Source of the DNA: a virus
Taxonomy: Duplodnaviria > Caudoviricetes
Direction: 5' to 3' (one strand)
Virus record (IMG/VR): IMGVR_UViG_3300030104_006170
DNA: 64,000 nucleotides
Shown: positions 19,201 to 27,669 of the stretch, piece by piece
Layout of the letters: the number at the start of each line of letters is the position of its first letter
Position numbering within the stretch: the stretch's first letter is position 1
Made by a program: the position numbers and the translations under genes
Notes under the pieces: model-generated
Database searches by the model: none
The model's input: only the letters and a program-made list of their open reading frames with translations
Told to the model about the DNA's origin: nothing

Positions 19201-22200
19201 CTATCAGTACTAACACCTGGTATACAATCATAAGTGTTTTGTATAACACCTGGCACACATTTAGGGTCACACGGTACCCACTGTAAACTTCCTGTTCCAC
19301 CTCCTGGCCAAACAGGTGTATTTGTACTTAAATCATTAATGTATGCTTGATAATAGAAATAAGGTGGTATTGTCCAGTCTTGAGAGTTTTCAGAAACATT
19401 CACATAACAACATCTAGTATTATCAAAATTAAATGTCACAACATCACCTGGATTATACGCTTGTCCTGAAACCCACGCTGGAGCTCCAGTAATCATATTA
19501 ACTGGTGTAGAACCAAGTACCCAACTAGCAGTACCTACGTCCCACATTTGATAAGTTATTGGACTATTTGTAGTACATTCATAACATTCACAACAAGTAC
19601 CATCATCACCTAATAAAGTTAATCCTTGAACGTAGATATCACAATCAGCCATATTAGAAAATGGGTAAGGTGCACATGAAGGTGAAATTGGTGCAAGTAC
19701 AAAAGTACATTGACATTGTGGTACTGGTTGTACACAGTCCCCACAAACAAAATTACATTCGTTAGTACATGCTGCAGCATTAGTACCATAGAAAGACACA
19801 CATGGATTACCATCACTTCCTGTTGGTGCTGCACCTATATAAGATATACATCCGTCAATTGCGTGACAACAATATTCTGTTTGTGGTTCAAAACAAGTTT
19901 TACTACCAGTTATTGTAAATTGTTGTTGTCCACAATCACCTGGTGATAATGAACTTGGTAATCCTGTCCCACAAGATGCAGTTCCACCACTACAGAATTG
20001 GTCACCCCATGAACATGCTACAACCGCTGGGTCACCACATAAATCACAGAAACCAGTACCTGGAGGTGCACAATCACAACAAAATCTACAAAATTCTTGA
20101 CATTGTGCTTGTGATGGGAATCCCTGACCTACAGGTAAATTACCTAAAGCTACTGCCCAATTATAGTTATTGTTTGGGTCTGAAGGTCCACCAGCTCCTT
20201 GACCATAAGCTTGTGATTGATATGATGATGATTGTGATGCGAAATATGAACTAGGTTGACATGGTTGAGACCCTGGGGTATTGTAAAGTCCGGCATCCGC
20301 ACCCGCATGGTCACACCACCATTCTTCAACTTGGTTTTGACATAAACAATCGGTATTTGCCAATTCACAAGCCGCAGCTGAAGGATAAGTAACTGCCGCT
20401 AAAGACATCGGTATGAATTGACAAGTTTGTGCACCTTGGGTATTACACTCCCAGGTACACCATTCTTGACACCCACTTAAACTAGAGAATGTACCTCCGG
20501 TACCATAGACTGGATAACAACCTACACCCCCCACACAAGGATTACCATTTACAGTTGGACAGTTACAACTATGGTCACATTCCCAAGTGGTTATACCAGT
20601 TGTAGAACCAGTACAACAATCAAATAATCCTGTGGACAATTGTGTTTGACATGTATCTAAAGAATCGTAAGGCCAAAAATATGAACTTGTAACCTGGAAA
20701 ACTATACCTGGTTGTACAGGTGGATAAGTAAATGGAAATGGTGAATACCCATTAAAATAAATCCCTAAATCACCTGTTCCTGGTGAATATATATCATTTA
20801 AATAATCTTGTAAAACTGTGCAGTTTGAAATTTCTGCTGGTCCTCCTGTTGGTGGTCCAGGGTCTGCACAATAACAATCAGCTCTACATTGGTCATTGGA
20901 AACACCAATTAATGGTGTACCACAAGTAGACGCGGTATAACAATTATTTTGTGTTTGCCATATAGAGATGTTCATGGCAGCTGGTGGGTTAAACACACAA
21001 TTAGAAGTTACACAACCAGAAGTTGTACATTGATATGTTTGTGCTGAAGTAGGTCCTTCACAAGGACCGCAAGGGTCTCCAATAACCGGTGTTGGTGTAG
21101 ATGGGTCATAGGATGGTAACCTTTCACATGTTTGCCAACAATTTGGTGTTCCGTCAGGGTAATCTCCATCATCTGGTGGACTAGAGTCACAATCATAACC
21201 TGTTCCCGTTGTATCAGGAGGACACATACATATCCAACAACATTCAGCTGTATTTGCGTCACCATAACTTACCGTTTCAAACATACTATAAGTGTTGGCG
21301 TTAGACCATGGTCCTGACCAAGTAAAAGCTGTGGTTATTGGTATTCCATTAATTGTTAACCAATCTTGACATGCACAATTACAAGTTTCTTCTAGTGGTG
21401 CACAACAAGTCATACCTGTTGTACTTAGTGGGTCTGGACATAATGAGTTAACACAATCTACCATATCACAATAAGGTAAACCTGGATGGTCCGCAAAACA
21501 CTGTACAATACCAGTTAGTCCATTCATTGTATTTACGTAAGCTGGAGAACAACAGTTAACGAAACCAGGACCAGTTGTATCATCTAAATCAGTTTGTGAT
21601 ATCCAATAACATGGGGTTTGTCCACCTCCACCACCTTGTAGTGCAGGTCCAGTAGTTGTAAAAGATGTGTAACCCAGGTATCCAGCTTGTAGTGGGTCAT
21701 CCTCACATACCGCCCTACAACATTCTGTTGCATTACAACATTCTTCAAAAGAAGTATAACCTGTAGGATTACCAGCTGGGTCTGTTGGTGAACCTGGAGA
21801 CCAAGTAACACCAACTTGTGTCATTAAGTATAGACTAGCATAATACATACACCCACCAACTTGTTGTCCTATTTGTGCGGGTGGATTGGTGTCATCATAA
21901 ACAAAACAATCATATCCACCAGGACATGTACAAGCACTTTGACATTGTTGTGCGGAGAGGAAGGTTGGTACGTTTGTCCACGCTGCTGGAACCCAAGGGT
22001 CAGTACCTGTATTAGATACTGGCCAGTAAGGACAATCTAGAGCATTTGTAACTGGGTCTTGATATGGGTAACATGGTACGTTTGAACCGTTTATAACATT
22101 TAAACAGTCACAAACATAACATTCTGTCGCACAAGAACATACCATTTCACAGTCTTGTAATCCTTGTGGTGTATATGGGTAACCACAATTTAATGTATAA

Positions 22201-24950
22201 CAAGGTTGACAGGGGTCACAAATTGGGTCACACTTGTATCCACAAGGGGTGTTACCTACACCTAACCATTGTGGGTTAGCAGCGTAACAGTCAGCTTCAG
22301 TTGTATAACCTGTACCAACAAATACCGGTACACATCCTTCTTCACAATTATAAACCCACATAGTATAATCACAACAACCTGTATAGGTTCCTGCTGAGTT
22401 TGTAAATCCAGCGTTACAATCATTTATATTATAAGGGTCAAAAAATAATTCAAAGGTAAATGCCGCATAGTCTATAAAGTTTAAAAAAGGTGCTGGTGTA
22501 GGTGGTAAAGTTTGCATTACAGTAAACACATTATCTACATAAAATGTTGTACCATTTATAAGGTCATCAGTACATGAAAGTAAACCACAACAATTATTAG
22601 AACTTGCTGGGGTACTAGTAACACAAGAATACGCTGGTGGTTCACACCACGCTAAACAATCAAGTTCATTATCAAAAACCGGACCTTGTGTTGGGTCTAA
22701 TGCACTAGGGTCATTGTATAGTGGGTGTGCTGATGTCATAGCTGAACATCCTTGACAGGAATATTGGTCGATACAAATATATCTATCTTCACAACAATTA
22801 CCTAAGTAAAAAGTATCCATACAATCTTCAAATGCGGCAAAACCTACACTTGTACAAGGTCCCGTACTAGTTGACCCCGTACCAGGTACTAGTTGACATG
22901 AAAGACTAGATGCTGTTAAAGCTGATACTGGTGGACACACCCAACTAGAACATCCAATATAGTCCCAGTATTGATTGTTGGTTAACCCAGATGGTGGTGG
23001 TAAAGTACCACCCGACAAAGCTCTATAACAATTACCCCATTGACCTAAGGTAAATTGTCCTGTAGTATATACATTACCATTACTATATACTCCAGCTGGA
23101 CCTACTGGTGAGATAGTTGGATAAGCGTTCCAAGTGTTGGTTGGGTCATAACAAGGTATGGATGTAAACTCTGGACATGCTTCACATTCTGGGGTACAAG
23201 CCTCCCAAATATGTTCCGTAGGTTGTCCATTATTCCACCAAACTCCTTGTACTAAGTCTGTTGGTTTTATACCAGCCCAAGGGTCTATAGTACCACCTGT
23301 CTGATTTATATCTTGTACTGCCATATAACAACAACATTCACCCCACGTTGAGTCAAATACTATATCTCCTTTAACATAATTTGTTGTTGCAGACCATTCA
23401 CCCCAATTAGTATTAATCATTGGGTTAAAACTTATTGGTTGTGGTAGGTTTGTTACCCTATCTATATATTCATCTTTTGTTTCACAGTAAGTACAATCAC
23501 CTATTTCACATTTTACACAATCAAAAGCACCAAAAGCAAAAGCATCTAAACCACAACTTGTAGCTTCGTATAAAGTAACACCATTACTAAAATCATAAAA
23601 TGTTATTGGTGTGTTAGTACCTATACTAATTGTGTAAGCGGTATATTGTGTATTTTCCACAGTAATCCTACCCATAACTCCCTGTTCTATTTGATTAGTT
23701 ATTGGATTTATTACTTCACCCATTAATGGTACATCTACATTTATCTGGTAACCAGGTGGTAAATTACCGGTTTGTAATGATGTATATGACTGAAATGCCC
23801 CTAGCAAACTTTGTGTATTACCTGTAACCTCAAAACAGTTACTATTATTTCCACCACCAAATATAGGGGACATACCACTATATTGTAAGATGTCAGTACC
23901 AGAATCTAGAGGTGAAAAAGGATAAGCTCCAAAATATGTATTAGTACCTATTGGTCCACTAGGACCTACTACAGGTACATTACTAGGTGGTATACCACCA
24001 GAAGCTTGTAATGTATTATAAGGCATAAAGGGTACTGTTATAGCCTGAGATACTGATGTTGGTCCCCACTCATTTTCATGTGTTATGGTAATTCTTCGTG
24101 TACCTACACCCGCATAAGTGTGTGGTACAGGATTTGTTAGATTAGGGAATTGTAAAGTTTCACAACAAGGGTCACCAAATGCGTTGGTACATGGTGGAAC
24201 TGGACAATCACAAGGACAGTCTCCCCAATTTATAGTATAAGGAGAATTCTGATAACTCTTATAGTAACCAAAATCTGTGGTATTATAAATTTGTATCTGG
24301 TTACCCATAGCTGTAGTAGCGGTAACTACAAAATTAGAAAAAATATCTTTTTGTCCCAAATTTCCGTCCCAAATATCGTAATGCCCTATATCATTAAAAT
24401 CTTGGTCTAAAAAAACTGGAACTTGATGTAAATCATTAAAAACAGGTGGTGGGCAAAAACAAGATATTGTATTTGGTGTTAGGTGTGCATTAGTTTGGGA
24501 ATTTAATGGTTGTGAGAGTGTAGAATTTGTTAAAGAAAACACACTTATTAAATCGTCGTAACTTTCACCGGTAAATGTCATTACCCCAGATTGGTATAAA
24601 TTTAACCCAGCAAATATAACATAAGGATGAGACTCCACATCTAAACAAAATGGTTGATTTAATGTTGGTACATTACCATATGGTGGTGGTGCACCCATTA
24701 CTGGCATAGTAGTAGTATCATTTAATAGGATACATGGATTTGTTGACGAACATCCAGTTAGTTCTGTTGGGAAGTTATTCATGTCACCTTGTAAAGCGTC
24801 CTGTACTTGACTAAATGTAGAGTTGTACATTGTTAATCCTGAACAGTTAGGACTTGTATTAATAGGGTAGAAATTGGTTCCACCAGTACAAGGTACTGTG
24901 TAGTAAACACTAGGATTACTTCTTTTTATTCTATATTTGTATACTTCCAT
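16266..24950 (-). CDS. Giant (2894 aa) Cys/Pro-rich modular fibre/adhesin-like virion protein
   Basis: N-terminal PKD-like segment (YTINWGD..HTY), about 7 CBM5/12-like W..Y..GD.V motifs, roughly twenty [YW]xC..G-[YF]-S..C repeats counted by eye, and CxC-type C-terminal repeats. Confidence 0.75.
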   Translation of the reverse strand: MEVYKYRIKRSNPSVYYTVPCTGGTNFYPINTSPNCSGLTMYNSTFSQVQDALQGDMNNFPTELTGCSSTNPCILLNDTTTMPVMGAPPPYGNVPTLNQPFCLDVESHPYVIFAGLNLYQSGVMTFTGESYDDLISVFSLTNSTLSQPLNSQTNAHLTPNTISCFCPPPVFNDLHQVPVFLDQDFNDIGHYDIWDGNLGQKDIFSNFVVTATTAMGNQIQIYNTTDFGYYKSYQNSPYTINWGDCPCDCPVPPCTNAFGDPCCETLQFPNLTNPVPHTYAGVGTRRITITHENEWGPTSVSQAITVPFMPYNTLQASGGIPPSNVPVVGPSGPIGTNTYFGAYPFSPLDSGTDILQYSGMSPIFGGGNNSNCFEVTGNTQSLLGAFQSYTSLQTGNLPPGYQINVDVPLMGEVINPITNQIEQGVMGRITVENTQYTAYTISIGTNTPITFYDFSNGVTLYEATSCGLDAFAFGAFDCVKCEIGDCTYCETKDEYIDRVTNLPQPISFNPMINTNWGEWSATTNYVKGDIVFDSTWGECCCYMAVQDINQTGGTIDPWAGIKPTDLVQGVWWNNGQPTEHIWEACTPECEACPEFTSIPCYDPTNTWNAYPTISPVGPAGVYSNGNVYTTGQFTLGQWGNCYRALSGGTLPPPSGLTNNQYWDYIGCSSWVCPPVSALTASSLSCQLVPGTGSTSTGPCTSVGFAAFEDCMDTFYLGNCCEDRYICIDQYSCQGCSAMTSAHPLYNDPSALDPTQGPVFDNELDCLAWCEPPAYSCVTSTPASSNNCCGLLSCTDDLINGTTFYVDNVFTVMQTLPPTPAPFLNFIDYAAFTFELFFDPYNINDCNAGFTNSAGTYTGCCDYTMWVYNCEEGCVPVFVGTGYTTEADCYAANPQWLGVGNTPCGYKCDPICDPCQPCYTLNCGYPYTPQGLQDCEMVCSCATECYVCDCLNVINGSNVPCYPYQDPVTNALDCPYWPVSNTGTDPWVPAAWTNVPTFLSAQQCQSACTCPGGYDCFVYDDTNPPAQIGQQVGGCMYYASLYLMTQVGVTWSPGSPTDPAGNPTGYTSFEECCNATECCRAVCEDDPLQAGYLGYTSFTTTGPALQGGGGGQTPCYWISQTDLDDTTGPGFVNCCSPAYVNTMNGLTGIVQCFADHPGLPYCDMVDCVNSLCPDPLSTTGMTCCAPLEETCNCACQDWLTINGIPITTAFTWSGPWSNANTYSMFETVSYGDANTAECCWICMCPPDTTGTGYDCDSSPPDDGDYPDGTPNCWQTCERLPSYDPSTPTPVIGDPCGPCEGPTSAQTYQCTTSGCVTSNCVFNPPAAMNISIWQTQNNCYTASTCGTPLIGVSNDQCRADCYCADPGPPTGGPAEISNCTVLQDYLNDIYSPGTGDLGIYFNGYSPFPFTYPPVQPGIVFQVTSSYFWPYDSLDTCQTQLSTGLFDCCTGSTTGITTWECDHSCNCPTVNGNPCVGGVGCYPVYGTGGTFSSLSGCQEWCTWECNTQGAQTCQFIPMSLAAVTYPSAAACELANTDCLCQNQVEEWWCDHAGADAGLYNTPGSQPCQPSSYFASQSSSYQSQAYGQGAGGPSDPNNNYNWAVALGNLPVGQGFPSQAQCQEFCRFCCDCAPPGTGFCDLCGDPAVVACSWGDQFCSGGTASCGTGLPSSLSPGDCGQQQFTITGSKTCFEPQTEYCCHAIDGCISYIGAAPTGSDGNPCVSFYGTNAAACTNECNFVCGDCVQPVPQCQCTFVLAPISPSCAPYPFSNMADCDIYVQGLTLLGDDGTCCECYECTTNSPITYQMWDVGTASWVLGSTPVNMITGAPAWVSGQAYNPGDVVTFNFDNTRCCYVNVSENSQDWTIPPYFYYQAYINDLSTNTPVWPGGGTGSLQWVPCDPKCVPGVIQNTYDCIPGVSTDSCSNLTKITPTTTLLDQHDVLQMIGNPSGVPYLQTTNIYNIKFPYGGFPFSPTNPCLDNGLPLVTPGGPIGIHISAGMSLGIPQTYNTWSSMITSLAGAGVTSPTGTLLSLSSSFDDVCLGINLVWGSKTRDKCMTITLDPCECRQSPCTCVMITGPTGAFNNLPDCQATLNNDPCCGSWKCDPKICDCVFIPNDITGFSSQTECYNSQNCCTVRYDEYECRQIPVIGPVGAHNFKCECVVVPAGMGSYTGPNALFDCENDPTTCCSGNTMPDRWKCTPDCNCVLGGPFDQYATLHDCQTAVNHNCCYTGVTKEWECIDFGTPTGCKCVQTASPGGGYASQADCEAQVNECCYTGKTRWDCVVGNNGLCKCVANPLFGTYSSLSDCQNGIPISNCCEIQSDDCAKECPPSSFITPTYIKHNGTYSIGFTQTLPLASTNIVGLWFTATIYNAFDIVQDPYDDCCYVLVCDSCHFTGSDIMNYSPSQIYQNHLLGLFYNGTTTPATTQEQNAQNRGPIWWPCDPLCPTTPPDIGYDCVNCPGTCNCVQNNTGTAQYQGPNALSLCVADCKSGCEDCAQTLSGYLSGPIDYEGIWYSTFNPHYVENDCVTDPTDGCCYCCVRAFTGPDPHDDDHAITRNDGTISHSGPGGSGPGGSGPGNSGPTPSKPICKSQHQPSLHVGVNIGGGMWMGCKITTDGGPCNSTTGTTVDCDNCDTYMATNWGATLPLQWKTVGHQHFTHNQCVVDPTDGCCYCCMESSDVDDFGEAWASDPHSQSQACSIYDMNGDGILEYYGMYSTFTGKWTGWVSCSSTGVFPCNNGGTLKYDCVHRPLLGNPSNYDCIPTQGGAYSSLQACQNAPCPPPDQPCEECCGKLKKDGTWSYQTLNTSSVPCDCEFWLGIGWTSQSPSKCCVPPSWACPLGQVWSQADCSCVPIIIGPHDDDLEPTEEPCIQTESCAKGYYWDWNKCKCMPSVSDGPTELS
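16947..17382. repeat. Two identical 31-bp direct repeats (16947-16977 and 17352-17382)
   Basis: acaacaataacaacaaccgtcagttgggtct occurs twice and encodes DPTDGCCYCC on the minus strand. Confidence 0.9.
17236..17276. repeat. 15-bp tandem repeat encoding a Gly-Pro-Ser linker
   Basis: cctggacctgaacct x2 plus a partial copy; protein SGPGGSGPGGSGPGNSGP. Confidence 0.9.
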
Positions 24951-24953
24951 ATA

Positions 24954-25898
24954 TTAAGGATTTACATATTCAAAAAATTTTATTGGTGTTCCATTGGGTA
25001 CTTGTAGCGTACCTGGTACTGCTCCACTTGGAGTTTGACCTGGTAAACCAGTCCCTTTTACTCCACCACCACCCCCCATAGCCATAATTGCTTCATTAAA
25101 TTCAGTCACCACATAACGATATTTTGGGTCGGTTGTAGATGCATTACTGGGATTTATATATAATTTAACTTTATAATAGAACCATTCTGGGTAACTTAAT
25201 ATTTCACCGTTTACAATTTCACTTAGAGTTGGTTGTTGGTTTATCATATTGGTTACTTTACCAGTTTTTGCGTTAAAAAATTTACAACTCATATAAAACT
25301 CATTAATTTCTGTTAGTTCCCTATCTTTTAACCATTGTATATAATAATTTTCACTTCTACCATGTAGGGGACCCAATAAAGCAATAGGAACATACACCCC
25401 ATACATTGGTATTGGAATGTTGTCTGCTATTTGTGAGTAATATTCTGTGGGGTCTTGTAATGGGTCTACTGCTGTTTCTACCTTTATACAATTATTTAAA
25501 GACATTATATTGGTGAACATTATTTTTTGTTCTTTTCTTAATGGTGAATCATAAAAATCAAACTTAAAAAAACTTCTAGTAAATGCTTTTTTAGGTTTTG
25601 CTAATTCTTTATCTGCAAAACCTAAAACGTTAAAGTTTGGTGTGGGTATTGGGTATTCTTGATTTGCATAATCCCAAAAATTAAATTCATAAGATATGGT
25701 ATTACCACTAATATTATTTTTATAAGCATATCTAGTTGTTTCATAATCTTGTATAACATTTATATTATCTTGTAACTCGACTTCTTCCCAAGTTCTAACT
25801 AATTGTTCGTTACCTATTTCATCAAAAGTTTGACCTATAGGTATAGTTATAGACTTATCTTTAGTAGAAGCTTTTATGTTTAATCTATTGACAGCCAT
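24954..25898 (-). CDS. Hypothetical virion structural protein
   Basis: 314-aa ORF overlapping the upstream gene's end; Gly/Pro-rich C-terminal loop; structural cluster. Confidence 0.7.
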   Translation of the reverse strand: MAVNRLNIKASTKDKSITIPIGQTFDEIGNEQLVRTWEEVELQDNINVIQDYETTRYAYKNNISGNTISYEFNFWDYANQEYPIPTPNFNVLGFADKELAKPKKAFTRSFFKFDFYDSPLRKEQKIMFTNIMSLNNCIKVETAVDPLQDPTEYYSQIADNIPIPMYGVYVPIALLGPLHGRSENYYIQWLKDRELTEINEFYMSCKFFNAKTGKVTNMINQQPTLSEIVNGEILSYPEWFYYKVKLYINPSNASTTDPKYRYVVTEFNEAIMAMGGGGGVKGTGLPGQTPSGAVPGTLQVPNGTPIKFFEYVNP

Positions 25899-27669
25899 CT
25901 GTGTATTCAGTTAATATACTTATTGTTCCTGAGGTTAGTGGGATTAATGCTGGTCCTACAGCCTCTATTTTAAATTCTAAATTATGGTATGGGTAGTGTG
26001 CATCATTTAAATAAGGATAACTCACACCATTATCCCCATCCTCATAAGCTTCTACCGGTAAAATTTCTCTCCACCTAAATGTTTCCTCTGATAAAGAATA
26101 AACAGCATACTGGGGTGATGTAAACAGACTATCATTATAACTTATATAATTTGAGAATTTTCTTATAGGAATTTTGTGGTGTGGGTTGTATTTAAATATA
26201 GATTCTACAAAATCATACCCTGGTGTACCTCCTACTTCATACATAGTATCCCTATTAAATTTTAGTGAATGCCCTATTTCAGAAATTACCCTTTCTTTTA
26301 ATTCAAATGGGTTATACTCAGCAAAAGCACCCCTAAATGTAGAACCACTAAGTGGTAGTGGATTAACTCCTTGATTTCCAGTTTGTGTTAAATTAACTGG
26401 TGATGTCCCATTATCCACAAATGGGTCCACAACACCATTCTTTTTAAAATTCCAACCCCAACCATAACCTGCTGGAGAATTGACTCCCGGATTCCAATCC
26501 CATATGAGATTTCTATTTGTAGTTAAAATTGTTAAATAAAATTCAGTTAATGGTCTATTAAATTGGTCATAGTAGTCATCACTATTAATATTATAATTAC
26601 AATTCCATAAAAATGAATCGTAGGCTTGGGTTAGTACAGATTTTTGTATGTAATCTGGTGTTCTTTTTCTAGGAAATACCCTACCTTTTTTATTATATAT
26701 TCCTCTTTCAAACCCTGTTTTATCTACTGTAAGGTCATTTGGGTTTGTTATTAGCTTATGTATTTGGCAATAATATTCAGATTTTGTTTCCAACATATTT
26801 TCTGGATTAATTACTCTTTTAAGTGTACCCACTGGATTTGCTGGTATTGATGTTACGTCTAGACCAACTGTTGTAATATTCATCACGTAGTCCTCTGAAT
26901 TTTCCAAACCGTTACCCAAATAATCTACTTTAAATATAGTTTGTGGACCTGCTGGGCTTGGGAAGGTTACTGGAATAGTAACATTAGTCATTAGATTTGC
27001 ACTACCCATTGTAGTAGCTCCTGACTGTATTTCTATATATTCTCCTGGTAATACCCCGTGTCTTACTGGTGTGATTATTTGTAAAACTTCCTTACCATCT
27101 GTATTGGTTGTTATAGGTATAAAAGGTATACCATCTCCCGATACAAACTGCATACCAGAATTCGTAGAATAGTCGGTATAGTACATCATTCTTTGATTGG
27201 AGTCTGCATCGTTAACATAAGATATATATTGTACCCAATTATCTTGATGTGCTAAAAGTGGTTCCCAACCTGCTTGACTTGCAAAAATACCATATCTTTT
27301 AGGTGGTATTATTGTAAATGTACTATCCGGTGGTAAACCAGAACAAGTGGTTGGTGGTACACCTGCTATTTGTGGACAACCCAAAAAATCTGGAATAAAG
27401 TACATTGACCTCATAAATGTAGTATCCTGAGTACTCCCACTAATTATATTATTGTAAAGTATATCTATTTTTCCATATAACCTATATTGTGTTGAATAGG
27501 CCCTTTCAAAATCAAATTGGTCTCTAAGGTTCAAAACTAAATTTCTATCCCCCTCATGTATTTGTTTTTGTGTAGATTCTAAAAATGGTTGTAACTGCAC
27601 GTCGTTATTTGGTGAACCAGCAAATCTAGCTTCACCTCTTACAATTCTTATGTTTTTTTCGTTACTCAT
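25885..27669 (-). CDS. Hypothetical virion structural protein
   Basis: 594-aa ORF with overlapping start/stop junctions to both neighbours. Confidence 0.7.
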   Translation of the reverse strand: MSNEKNIRIVRGEARFAGSPNNDVQLQPFLESTQKQIHEGDRNLVLNLRDQFDFERAYSTQYRLYGKIDILYNNIISGSTQDTTFMRSMYFIPDFLGCPQIAGVPPTTCSGLPPDSTFTIIPPKRYGIFASQAGWEPLLAHQDNWVQYISYVNDADSNQRMMYYTDYSTNSGMQFVSGDGIPFIPITTNTDGKEVLQIITPVRHGVLPGEYIEIQSGATTMGSANLMTNVTIPVTFPSPAGPQTIFKVDYLGNGLENSEDYVMNITTVGLDVTSIPANPVGTLKRVINPENMLETKSEYYCQIHKLITNPNDLTVDKTGFERGIYNKKGRVFPRKRTPDYIQKSVLTQAYDSFLWNCNYNINSDDYYDQFNRPLTEFYLTILTTNRNLIWDWNPGVNSPAGYGWGWNFKKNGVVDPFVDNGTSPVNLTQTGNQGVNPLPLSGSTFRGAFAEYNPFELKERVISEIGHSLKFNRDTMYEVGGTPGYDFVESIFKYNPHHKIPIRKFSNYISYNDSLFTSPQYAVYSLSEETFRWREILPVEAYEDGDNGVSYPYLNDAHYPYHNLEFKIEAVGPALIPLTSGTISILTEYTDGCQ

